From Actinomycetales bacterium (GTDB lineage: Bacteria; Actinomycetota; Actinomycetes; Actinomycetales; Dermatophilaceae): a stretch of 35,456 nt of DNA. Within the stretch, counting starts at the first letter, position 1; each line of letters opens with the position of its first letter. The translations under genes and the position numbers were made by a program. The notes beneath the pieces were generated by a model. That model had not been told where the DNA came from. It saw nothing but the letters and a program-made list of their open reading frames with translations, and ran no database searches. The stretch is from the NCBI GenBank assembly GCA_038212865.1, contig JBBQUB010000001.1, positions 1-35,456 on the forward strand, in the 5' to 3' direction. Shown here piece by piece: positions 18,399 through 26,401 of the stretch.

Positions 18399-19951
18399 AT
18401 CCCCTACCAGCTGACAGCCTCCCGTCGCCATCCCGTCGTCCCGCCCCAGCGCGCTCGCCACACGCGCACGCAGCCGATGGCTCGAACCGGCGGTTTGACT
18501 TCACCAGCGAGATACCGGACGCCGGCAGCCTGGGCTCGGTCCACTTCATCGCCATCGGTGGCGCCGGGATGTCCGGTGTTGCCCGCGTGATGTTGGCCCA
18601 GGGACTGACGGTCAGTGGGTCTGACGTGAAGGACTCCCCGGTGCTCACGGCCTTGGCCGCAGAGGGTGCTGAGGTCCACCTCGGTCACGATGCCGGCCAC
18701 CTCGACGGAGCGGACACCGTCGTCATCTCCTCAGCGATCCGCGAGGACAACGTCGAGCTGCGAGTAGCCCGATCCCGGGGGCTCCGGGTGCTCCACCGAT
18801 CGCAAGCCCTGGCATCGGTCATGCAGGGGAGGCGACGGGTGGCCATCGCCGGTACCAACGGCAAGACCACGACGACCTCGATGCTGACTGTCGCATTGCA
18901 GCACTGCGGGGTCGACCCGTCGTTTGCGGTTGGAGGAGAGCTGGCCAAGCACGGAACCAACGCCCATTTCGGCAGCGGTGACATCTTCGTGGCGGAAGCC
19001 GATGAGAGTGACGGGTCGTTCCTGGTCTATCGACCCGACGTGGCCATTGTGACCAGCGTGCAGCCTGACCACCTCGACTTCTACGGCACGTTCGAGGCGG
19101 TTCAGGCTGCCTACGCCGCCTTCGTCGCGACCGTGCAGCCGAACGGTCTGTTGGTGACCTGCGCGGACGACCCGGGGTCACGGGCTTTGGTCGACGTGGC
19201 CCGGGCGGCAGGCACACCAGTGATCACCTATGGCCTGGCCGGCGATGCCGACGTCCGGCTCACCACCCTTGGTGGCTCCGGATTTCACGGGCACGGGGAG
19301 CTGGTGCAGGCGGGGGTGGTCCTCGGTCATTTGGAAATCGGCATGCCGGGTCGGCACAACCTGCTCAATGCCACTGCCTCGTTCGTGGCCGCTACGGAGG
19401 GGCTGGGGCAAGATCGCGCCCGCGTCCTTGAGGGACTGGCTGGCTTCACCGGCACCCGCCGCAGGTTCGAGCTCAAGGGAGAGGTGGGGGGCGTTCGGGT
19501 CGTGGACGACTACGCACACAACCCGGGCAAGGTGGCTGCCGTGGTCGAGACCGGCTCCGCTCTGGCTGGCGCCGGACGGTTGATCGTCGTCTTCCAGCCG
19601 CACCTCTATTCGCGCACGCGCGACTTCGCGGCAGAGCTGGCCATGGCGCTGGCGCCCGCGGACATCGTCTTCGTCATGGACGTCTATGCCGCCCGCGAGG
19701 ACCCGATGCCGGGGGTGAGCGGAGCCTTGATTGCGGACCGGCTAGCTGACGTGGCCCGGCCTCCGGGTGCCGACAGCGCCCGGTTCGTGTCCTCGTGGTC
19801 GGATGTTGCCCCCCTGGTGGCGCAGACCGCCAGGGCAGGGGACCTGGTCCTGACCGTGGGAGCCGGCGACGTCACCATGATCGGGCCCGAGATCTTGCGT
19901 CTGTTGGGGCCCGGTCCGGCCGCGACGGACGTCGCTCAGGGAGGGAAATGA
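18395..19951 (+). CDS. murC: UDP-N-acetylmuramate--L-alanine ligase MurC
   Basis: Motifs [28 protein letters not shown] and DDYAHNP. GTGA overlap with murG. About 45 aa of Pro/Arg-rich N-terminal extension precede the Rossmann motif, so a later start cannot be excluded. Confidence 0.94.
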   Translation: MNPLPADSLPSPSRRPAPARSPHAHAADGSNRRFDFTSEIPDAGSLGSVHFIAIGGAGMSGVARVMLAQGLTVSGSDVKDSPVLTALAAEGAEVHLGHDAGHLDGADTVVISSAIREDNVELRVARSRGLRVLHRSQALASVMQGRRRVAIAGTNGKTTTTSMLTVALQHCGVDPSFAVGGELAKHGTNAHFGSGDIFVAEADESDGSFLVYRPDVAIVTSVQPDHLDFYGTFEAVQAAYAAFVATVQPNGLLVTCADDPGSRALVDVARAAGTPVITYGLAGDADVRLTTLGGSGFHGHGELVQAGVVLGHLEIGMPGRHNLLNATASFVAATEGLGQDRARVLEGLAGFTGTRRRFELKGEVGGVRVVDDYAHNPGKVAAVVETGSALAGAGRLIVVFQPHLYSRTRDFAAELAMALAPADIVFVMDVYAAREDPMPGVSGALIADRLADVARPPGADSARFVSSWSDVAPLVAQTARAGDLVLTVGAGDVTMIGPEILRLLGPGPAATDVAQGGK

Positions 19952-20736
19952 GCGGGTTGGGCTCGCGGGCCGGCCGCGTCCTGCGTGCGCGTGGTGCCTC
20001 TGTTCGCCGGCCCTTGGGCGTGACCTCTTCGCGGGCCAGGTTCGCCGGTCGAGCGGCCCGGGTCCGTCGTCGTCCCTGGGTGTTGGCCTTATGGCTGGCC
20101 GCCACGCTTGCCCTGCTTGCCGGGGGAGTGTGGCTGGTTGAGCTCAGCCCCATCCTGGCTGCCCGTTCGGTCCGCGTCCAGGGAGTGCCAGCGGGGGCGG
20201 TCACCGACATCACCCGGCGGGCCGACGTCACGATGGGCACGCCGCTGGCGCGGGTGGATACGGCCGCTATCGCGCGCCGGGTCATCGCCTCGGCGACGTT
20301 GGCCGAGGTCGTCGTGACTCGCTCCTGGCCCAGCACGATCCTGATCTCGGCCAGCCCCAGAGTGCCGGTACTGGCAGTGAAGAACCCTAAAGGTCAAGTA
20401 CAGGTTGTGGATTCCCAGGGTATTGCCTACGCCACAGTGAGCGCCCCGCCCAAGGGCGTGCCCCTGATCTACACGGTCGAGACCCCGCCGAGCGGGGACT
20501 CGCTGCGCGCCGGCATCGCGGTTCTGCAGGCCCTCTCGGCAAGCCAGCGGACCCGGGTCAGCAAAGTGACGGTCTCGGGGGCAAACCTGGTGACCCTCAA
20601 GCTGGGCGGCGTCACGGTGATATGGGGAGGAGCGTCGGAACCTGTGCTCAAGGTCAAGGTGATCACTGCGCTGCTGAGGCAGAAAGGCGTCCGCACGATC
20701 GACGTCAGCGCACCGCGGACACCGGTGACGAGATGA
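19948..20736 (+). CDS. ftsQ: Cell division protein FtsQ (POTRA domain)
   Basis: Basic N-terminus, one TM (PWVLALWLAATLALLAGGVWLV), a POTRA-like RSVRVQG...ARVDTAAIARRV, and the dcw position before ftsZ. The ATG at 19948 forms an ATGA overlap with the murC stop, and the ORF extension back to 19795 was rejected. Confidence 0.85.
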   Translation: MSGLGSRAGRVLRARGASVRRPLGVTSSRARFAGRAARVRRRPWVLALWLAATLALLAGGVWLVELSPILAARSVRVQGVPAGAVTDITRRADVTMGTPLARVDTAAIARRVIASATLAEVVVTRSWPSTILISASPRVPVLAVKNPKGQVQVVDSQGIAYATVSAPPKGVPLIYTVETPPSGDSLRAGIAVLQALSASQRTRVSKVTVSGANLVTLKLGGVTVIWGGASEPVLKVKVITALLRQKGVRTIDVSAPRTPVTR

Positions 20737-20804
20737 GCAGCCCGACACGCCGCGCTCATGGTTGATCGAGCCGCTCGCAGGCCATACGGTCAGCCTCAAC
20801 AGGG

Positions 20805-20871
20805 TTGGGATAACTATAACCCTCTAGTTAACATCGAGATGTATTTCGGTGCGGAGAACGTCCCGTAAAAT
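20805..20871 (+). promoter_or_regulatory. Candidate ftsZ promoters in an AT-rich island of the ftsQ-ftsZ spacer
   Basis: TTGGGA (20805-20810), then 18 nt, then TAACAT (20829-20834). A second -10-like TAAAAT lies at 20866-20871. A short inverted repeat AGGGTT/AACCCT (20801-20806 / 20818-20823) is also present. This is the most AT-rich stretch in the dcw cluster. Confidence 0.4.
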
Positions 20872-20927
20872 GCCTTCAGCACCCCCCCAGCGACCCGCGC
20901 AGAACGTTTCAGGAAAGGCCCATCGCC

Positions 20928-22124
20928 GTGGCAGCACCGCAGAACTACCTGGCCGTTATCAAGGTCGTCGGCATTGGCGGAGGCGGTGTCAATGCCATCA
21001 ACCGGATGATCGACGTCGGTCTCAAGGGCGTTGAGTTCATCGCCATCAACACCGACGCCCAAGCCCTGTTGATGAGCGACGCCGACGTCAAGCTTGATGT
21101 CGGCCGCGAGCTGACTCGCGGTCTCGGTGCGGGCGCCGATCCCGAAGTCGGCAAGAAGGCCGCCGAAGATCATTCAGAGGAGATCGAAGAGGTGCTCAAG
21201 GGCGCCGACATGGTCTTCGTCACGGCCGGCGAGGGCGGTGGCACGGGCACCGGTGGCGCGCCCGTCGTAGCCAAGATCGCCAAGTCGATCGGAGCGCTCA
21301 CCATCGGCGTCGTCACCCGGCCTTTCACCTTCGAGGGACGCCGCCGCGCCAACCAGGCGGAGACCGGTATCGCCGGCCTCCGCGAAGAGGTCGACACCCT
21401 GATCGTGATCCCGAACGACAGGCTGCTCTCCATCAGTGACCGAGCGGTCAGCATGCTTGATGCCTTCCGCACCGCGGACCAGGTGCTCTTGTCCGGTGTC
21501 CAGGGCATCACCGACCTGATCACCACCCCCGGCCTGATCAACCTCGACTTCGCCGACGTCAAGGCCGTGATGCAGGGTGCAGGATCTGCTCTCATGGGTA
21601 TCGGTTCAGCTCGTGGCGAGGACCGCGCTGTGCAGGCCGCCGAGCTCGCGATCTCCTCGCCGTTGCTCGAGGCCAGCATCGACGGCGCCCACGGTGTGCT
21701 CCTGTCGATCCAGGGCGGTTCCGACCTCGGGCTGTTCGAGATCAACGAGGCCGCGCGTCTCGTGCAAGAAGCCGCCCACCCCGAGGCAAACATCATCTTT
21801 GGTGCCGTCATCGACGATGCGCTGGGCGACGAGGTCCGCGTCACCGTTATCGCCGCCGGTTTCGATGGTGGTGGTCCAGTTCGCCGCAACGACGACCGAG
21901 CTCTCGGTCAGATCGCGGGCTCAACGCAGCGCCCAGCCTCGAACACCGCCGGGAACCAGCCGGCAGATCAGGTTGAGCCGCAGGCTGGCCCGGGTCACGA
22001 GCAAACCGGTGGTCATACCGCAGGGCAGGCGCCGTCGGCCGGCACGCCGACCACTGTCGTGCCGCCTCGCTCGGTCACCTTCGACGACAACGACGACCTG
22101 GATGTGCCGGACTTCCTGAAGTGA
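20928..22124 (+). CDS. ftsZ: Cell division protein FtsZ
   Basis: [19 protein letters not shown], the tubulin signature [15 protein letters not shown], a disordered linker and the conserved C-terminal peptide [13 protein letters not shown] start with the SD AGGAAAGG. Confidence 0.98.
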   Translation: MAAPQNYLAVIKVVGIGGGGVNAINRMIDVGLKGVEFIAINTDAQALLMSDADVKLDVGRELTRGLGAGADPEVGKKAAEDHSEEIEEVLKGADMVFVTAGEGGGTGTGGAPVVAKIAKSIGALTIGVVTRPFTFEGRRRANQAETGIAGLREEVDTLIVIPNDRLLSISDRAVSMLDAFRTADQVLLSGVQGITDLITTPGLINLDFADVKAVMQGAGSALMGIGSARGEDRAVQAAELAISSPLLEASIDGAHGVLLSIQGGSDLGLFEINEAARLVQEAAHPEANIIFGAVIDDALGDEVRVTVIAAGFDGGGPVRRNDDRALGQIAGSTQRPASNTAGNQPADQVEPQAGPGHEQTGGHTAGQAPSAGTPTTVVPPRSVTFDDNDDLDVPDFLK

Positions 22125-22383
22125 CCTCACGGCCACTCTCGTAATGCAGTCCGGGCGACACTTTCGCTGCGGGGAGTCCATAGGGTCGGTCGGCCTTGGG
22201 TGGGGCCGGCTGATCCTTCACGTTCATTCGACTCGGTGTCCGTGCAACCTCGCAAAGGTCGAATTGCGTCCTTCTCGGGAATCGGGCTGCCCTGGGAGTC
22301 GTCTACGCGCACGGTGATGACCCGTACGGCACCTGGGACATGAGCGACGGTAGGGCACGACAACAGAGCAGGCCAGGCTCGAC

Positions 22384-22389
22384 TAGCGT
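22384..22389 (+). promoter_or_regulatory. -10-like hexamer TAGCGT, 7 nt upstream of an in-frame GTG of pgeF (possible leaderless start)
   Basis: TAGCGT (22384-22389), ggcctgc, then GTG (22397). No SD precedes any of the candidate pgeF starts. Confidence 0.3.
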
Positions 22390-22396
22390 GGCCTGC

Positions 22397-23152
22397 GTGT
22401 TTCACTGGCGTGAGCAGATCCCCGCGACCGATGGTCGGGGCGTCGACTGGGGGTTCACGTCGAGGCGAGGTGGTTCGAGCGTCGGGGACTTCGCGAGCCT
22501 CAATCTGGGCGGACGCGTGGGGGATGATCCGATGACGGTGGAGTCCAACCGCACGCTGGTGGCCAGCGCAATTGGTGTGGGGGCAGATCGGCTGCTGTTC
22601 ATGAACCAGTGTCAGGGCTCGGAGGTCGTGGTCATGGACGGGCCGTGGGAGGGCGAGCCCCCTGATGCGGACGGTGTCGTGACCACCTCAACAGATCTTG
22701 CTCTCGCGGTTCTGGTGGCCGACTGCACCCCCGTCCTGCTGGTCGACCAGGTCGCCGGCGTCGCAGCGGCGGTCCATGCCGGCCGACCCGGTTTGATGTT
22801 CGGCATCGTCGGGCGGGCCCTCGATGTGATGACTGAACTGGGAGCCCGTTCCATCCGCGCAGCGGTCGGTCCTGCCGTCTGCGGGCGCTGCTACGAGGTG
22901 CCCGAGGCGATGAGGGCGCAGGCCGCGCAGATCAGCCCCGCGGCCGCTGCCATGTCCTGGCAGGGGACCCCCGCCATTGATGTGGCCGCCGGTGTAGTCG
23001 AACAGTTGTGGGCCAGATCCGTTGCGGTGCAATGGATCTCCGGCTGCAGCCGCGAGTCCGACCAGCTGTTCTCCTATCGTCGCCAGCACCGTACCGGGCG
23101 CTACGCCGGCGTTGTCCGCTTGCTGGATGCCCACAGCAAGGGACGCGTATGA
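22397..23152 (+). CDS. pgeF: Peptidoglycan editing factor PgeF (YfiH/laccase-domain family)
   Basis: Motifs FTSRRGGSS...ASLNLG, VADCTPVLL, VHAGRPG, CGRCYEV and FSYRR. The ORF is open from 22340 (ATG), but codons 1-19 use rare codons (agg, cga, caa) with low third-position GC. The starts at 22397 (GTG, -10-like element upstream) or 22388 give a typical ~250 aa protein. The stop is certain, the start is not. Confidence 0.85.
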   Translation: MFHWREQIPATDGRGVDWGFTSRRGGSSVGDFASLNLGGRVGDDPMTVESNRTLVASAIGVGADRLLFMNQCQGSEVVVMDGPWEGEPPDADGVVTTSTDLALAVLVADCTPVLLVDQVAGVAAAVHAGRPGLMFGIVGRALDVMTELGARSIRAAVGPAVCGRCYEVPEAMRAQAAQISPAAAAMSWQGTPAIDVAAGVVEQLWARSVAVQWISGCSRESDQLFSYRRQHRTGRYAGVVRLLDAHSKGRV

Positions 23153-23931
23153 CGGCCGCCCTCGATCCGGAGGCGCGGCGTACTGACCTGCGCACCAACC
23201 TCGCGCAGGTCAGTGAGCGCATCGGTGCAGCCTGCCGGGAAGCAGGCCGCGCGCGCGAAGATGTTCAGCTGATCGTGGTGACGAAGTTCTTCCCGAGCTT
23301 CGACATCGAGGTGCTGTGCGAACTCGGTGTCACCGATATCGGGGAGAGCCGCGATCAGGAGGCTTCGGCCAAGATCGCGTCTCTGCCACCGGGGGTCCGC
23401 CAGCGACTTCAGGTCCACTTCATCGGTCAGCTGCAGTCCAACAAGGCCGGTTCGGTGGCGGCTTATGCCGACACCGTGCATTCGATCGACCGGGACAAGC
23501 TGGTCATCGCCCTGGACCGGGCTGCCACTGGGGCGGGCCGTGACATCGGGGCGCTGGTCCAGGTGAGTCTGGACGTTGGCCCAGCCGGATCCGCGGGCGA
23601 GACCTCGACGACCGGGTCAGGCACAGGGGGAGCAACAGCGGCAGCGCGCGGCGGCATACCGCTTGATGGAGTTGGCGAGATCGCGAACAGCATTGCTGCT
23701 GCACGACATCTGCGGCTCCTGGGACTCATGGCCGTGGCACCGAAAGGAGTTGATCCCGCGGCTGCCTTCGCGAATCTGGCCAGCGTGTCGCGTGACATCA
23801 GGGCTGACCATCCGGAAGCCACGTGGATCTCTGCGGGGATGAGCGCCGATCTGGAGGCTGCCGTCGCTAACGGCGCGACCCACCTGCGTGTCGGCAGCGC
23901 AATCCTCGGTTCCCGCCCCGTCCTTGGGTAG
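23149..23931 (+). CDS. yggS: YggS-family pyridoxal-phosphate homeostasis protein (PLPBP)
   Basis: Motifs LIVVTKFFP (PLP lysine), GESRDQE, HFIGQLQSNK and ISAGMSADLEAAVANGATHLRVGSAILG. ATGA overlap with the pgeF stop. The ORF extension to 23008 was rejected. Confidence 0.92.
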   Translation: MTAALDPEARRTDLRTNLAQVSERIGAACREAGRAREDVQLIVVTKFFPSFDIEVLCELGVTDIGESRDQEASAKIASLPPGVRQRLQVHFIGQLQSNKAGSVAAYADTVHSIDRDKLVIALDRAATGAGRDIGALVQVSLDVGPAGSAGETSTTGSGTGGATAAARGGIPLDGVGEIANSIAAARHLRLLGLMAVAPKGVDPAAAFANLASVSRDIRADHPEATWISAGMSADLEAAVANGATHLRVGSAILGSRPVLG

Positions 23932-24024
23932 TTTTGGGCCGAACACTTTCGTCGAACCAGACGCAAGCAACTCGGATGACATCACCCACTCGATGACATG
24001 CAAAACGTAGGTAAGGAGCTCGCG

Positions 24025-24507
24025 ATGGCTGGGGCACTGCGCAAGACCATGGTGTACCTCGGACTGGCCGAGGATGACGAGCACTACGACGGGTATGACG
24101 ACTACGACGAGCAGGATGCAGGGCATGAGGCTGGCGCCCGCAACGGCCGATCAGCCGCCGTGACGCCGCTGCCGCAGCGGACGCCCGTGGCGCGCGTCGT
24201 GCGTGATGTCGAGGTTGGCGCGTTGAACCGCATCACGACGATCCACCCGCGCACCTACAACGAGGCCAAGAATATCGGCGAGAGCTTCCGTGACGGCACT
24301 CCTGTGATCATGAACCTCTCCGACCTTGACGACGCAGACGCCAAGCGCCTCGTGGACTTCGCTGCTGGGTTGGTGTTCGGTCTGCACGGCGCTATCGAGC
24401 GGGTCACCAGCAAGGTCTTCCTCTTGTCACCGGCCCACGTCGAGGTCACGGCCAACGAGGTCGAGACCCCCAAGCCTGCTGCCCGTACCTTCTTCAACCA
24501 GAGCTGA
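24025..24507 (+). CDS. sepF: Cell division protein SepF
   Basis: [14 protein letters not shown] (membrane-targeting helix), an acidic linker, and the SepF core [64 protein letters not shown]. The ATG at 24025 follows the SD AAGGAG (24013-24018). Confidence 0.93.
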   Translation: MAGALRKTMVYLGLAEDDEHYDGYDDYDEQDAGHEAGARNGRSAAVTPLPQRTPVARVVRDVEVGALNRITTIHPRTYNEAKNIGESFRDGTPVIMNLSDLDDADAKRLVDFAAGLVFGLHGAIERVTSKVFLLSPAHVEVTANEVETPKPAARTFFNQS

Positions 24508-24555
24508 TCGGAACACCGTCAACACCTGGCTGCCCGATTCTCAGCGAACAACGTC

Positions 24556-24855
24556 ATGCTGGGTCTCATGATCCGCGTTCTGTACTTTGTTGTGTGGCTG
24601 TTCTTTGCCGCACTGATCTGTCGACTCGTCCTGGACTGGATCCAGGTTCTGGCCAGGGAGTGGCGCCCTCGCGGGCCCATCCTGGTTGTTGCCGAAGGTA
24701 TCTACACGGTCACTGACCCGCCGTTGAAGTTCCTCCGACGTCTGATCCCACCCCTGTCGTTAGGGACGATTCGCCTCGACCTGGCATTCCTGGTGTTGAT
24801 GCTGGCTGCCTCCCTTACGCTGAGTCTCCTACAGTCCCTTTTGACCACTATCTGA
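24556..24855 (+). CDS. yggT: YggT-family membrane protein
   Basis: About 99 aa, with an N-terminal hydrophobic helix (RVLYFVVWLFFAALICRLVLDWIQV) and further hydrophobic segments. YggT-like PPLKFLRRLIPPL...LDLAFLVL. Conserved position between sepF and divIVA. Confidence 0.85.
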   Translation: MLGLMIRVLYFVVWLFFAALICRLVLDWIQVLAREWRPRGPILVVAEGIYTVTDPPLKFLRRLIPPLSLGTIRLDLAFLVLMLAASLTLSLLQSLLTTI

Positions 24856-24940
24856 CTTCTTACCGGACCTGCCCGCTAACCCTCCAGGGTTTGCTATAAA
24901 GTGGTGCGGCCCCTGACCTGTCTCGACCGAGGTGACTACA

Positions 24941-26173
24941 TTGGCGTTCACGCCCGAGGATGTCCTCAACAAACATTTCACCGCGACACAGTTTCGTCGT
25001 GGCTACGACGAGCAAGAGGTCGACGACTTCTTGGACGAGATCGTCGTCGAGCTGCGTCGTCTGAGCGCGGACAACGACGACCTGGGGGTGCAGCTCAAGG
25101 CCTGCCAGGAGAGCAAGAGTGTCTCGGTTGCCAAGGGTGCTTCAATCAGCGCGGCAGCCGGCTCCCCCTTGCGCGTCGAGTCCAAGATCTCGAACGACAA
25201 CGGCAGGGCTCCCGAACCAGCAGCGGCCAGGAATGGCGAACAGGTGGCCCTGAGCGAAGCGCCGGTGGCGGCCACGGCGGTGGCCGAGCGCAACGCCCGG
25301 GACAAGATCGCCGCCGCCAAGACGTCGGCGGAGCAGGCCGAGAAGGAGTCCGCCGCGCGGATTTCCAAGGCCAAGACTGACGCCGAACAGGCAGAGGCCC
25401 AAGCCCTCGAGCGCGTCAAGGCAGCCAAGGACGCCGCGGACAGGGCGGCCAGGGAAGCCAAGGACGCTGCTGACAAGAGTGTCAAGGAAGCCATGGACGC
25501 CAAGGACGCTGCCGACAAGAGTGCCAAGTCTTCGCTCGCCGCGCCAGCTCCAGTCCCCGCCGCCGCTCCGGCGCCTGCCCCCGCCGTCGCCAAGGAACAA
25601 GAACACAATGCGGCCGCTGGGGTCCTGGCTCTGGCCCAGAAGTTGCACGAGGAGTACGTCTCCGAGGGTCAGACCACCAGAGAGCGGCTGATCCACGAGG
25701 GGCAGGCACACCACGACAAGGTTGTCGGGGAGGCTGCGGCCAAGCATGCCGAGCTCCTCTCGACCGGCCAGGCCAAGCACGACCAGTTCCTGGCCATCGG
25801 CCAGTCCAAGCACGCCGAGTTCCTCTCCACGGGCCAGGCCAAGCACGACTCGCTCATCGCTGAGGCGAGCGCGCGGCATGAGCAGATGATCACGGAGGCG
25901 CGCGAGCGCTCCACGGGCATGCTTGCCGAGGCCCAGCAGAAGAAGGCCGCCGTACTTGAGGCGCTCGGTCGCGAGCGCGATCTGCTCGAGAAGAAGATCG
26001 ATGAGCTACGGACCTTCGAGCGTGACTATCGCGCACGCCTGAAGTCCTACCTCGAGAGCCAGTTGCAAGAGCTGGATCACACTGGTGCCGACAAGGGCGC
26101 CGACGGTAAAGGCCGGTCCACGGACTCTGGTGACCAGCAGGACGATGGCAGGGGCGGTCAGCAGAACGGCTGA
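24941..26173 (+). CDS. divIVA: DivIVA/Wag31-family polar growth and division protein
   Basis: The N-terminal DivIVA domain (M)AFTPEDVLNKHFTATQFRRGYDEQEVDDFLDEIVVELRRL is followed by long coiled-coil and repeat regions. The TTG at 24941 lies 6 nt after the SD GAGGTG (24929-24934) and gives the family-typical M-A-x-T-P-E-D-V N-terminus. The GTG at 24932 (track start) is the alternative. Confidence 0.92.
   Translation: MAFTPEDVLNKHFTATQFRRGYDEQEVDDFLDEIVVELRRLSADNDDLGVQLKACQESKSVSVAKGASISAAAGSPLRVESKISNDNGRAPEPAAARNGEQVALSEAPVAATAVAERNARDKIAAAKTSAEQAEKESAARISKAKTDAEQAEAQALERVKAAKDAADRAAREAKDAADKSVKEAMDAKDAADKSAKSSLAAPAPVPAAAPAPAPAVAKEQEHNAAAGVLALAQKLHEEYVSEGQTTRERLIHEGQAHHDKVVGEAAAKHAELLSTGQAKHDQFLAIGQSKHAEFLSTGQAKHDSLIAEASARHEQMITEARERSTGMLAEAQQKKAAVLEALGRERDLLEKKIDELRTFERDYRARLKSYLESQLQELDHTGADKGADGKGRSTDSGDQQDDGRGGQQNG
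25457..25528. repeat. Two 30-bp copies (28/30 identical) at a 42-bp period inside divIVA, encoding AKDAADKS(V/A)K
   Basis: 25457-25486 is gccaaggacgctgctgacaagagtgtcaag and 25499-25528 is gccaaggacgctgccgacaagagtgccaag. A third, more diverged AKDAAD lies just upstream. Confidence 0.9.
25661..25957. repeat. About nine in-frame 33-bp (11-residue) repeats in the DivIVA C-terminal half
   Basis: SEGQTTRERLI / HEGQAHHDKVV / GEAAAKHAELL / STGQAKHDQFL / AIGQSKHAEFL / STGQAKHDSLI / AEASARHEQMI / TEARERSTGML / AEAQQKKAAVL. Confidence 0.85.
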
Positions 26174-26198
26174 CCTGCCGCTCTAGCGGGAGTCGAAA

Positions 26199-26236
26199 CG
26201 GGGCGCTGACCATCACGGTCGGCGCCCCGCTCTTCT
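26199..26236 (+). terminator. Intrinsic terminator candidate downstream of divIVA
   Basis: The 13-bp stem CGGGGCGCTGACC (26199-26211) / GGTCGGCGCCCCG (26217-26229) has one G-U pair and the loop ATCAC. It is followed by CTCTTCT and lies 25 nt after the divIVA stop. Confidence 0.6.
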
Positions 26237-26312
26237 GGAAAGAGGGGCATCTGGTGACCTTGCCTGGCGGAGCCCCTGGAGGACTAACCACACCCACGGC
26301 GGCGTTTCTCCA

Positions 26313-26341
26313 TTGAGTACTGAGCGGCTAGGCCTTATCCT
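26313..26341 (+). promoter_or_regulatory. Candidate sigma-70/HrdB-type promoter for the DksA/TraR-lspA-rluD unit
   Basis: TTGAGT (26313-26318), then 17 nt, then TATCCT (26336-26341), about 60 nt upstream of the ATG at 26402. Confidence 0.45.
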
Positions 26342-26401
26342 CACGCCACCTGTCCGCATTTCCCGGGGAAGACGCAAAGTGCCACTGTGAAGGGGCCGAA
26401 C

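Noticed and set aside
23932-23960. GAAC...GAAC strings after yggS and GGTTCGGTTCGG before dnaE as possible LexA (TCGAAC-N4-GTTCGA) SOS boxes.
   Set aside because: Neither is palindromic, and neither matches the GAAC-N4-GTTC core.
23975-23999. The direct repeat GATGACAT x2 (17-bp period) upstream of sepF as a regulatory site.
   Set aside because: The motif is short and could easily arise by chance. I could not pair it with a convincing -10 element.
26174-26401. A possible T-box or ileS leader between divIVA and the next gene, since ileS often follows divIVA in Actinobacteria.
   Set aside because: No ileS gene is present here. The spacer is accounted for by a terminator hairpin and a candidate promoter, and I could find no specifier or T-box-like elements.
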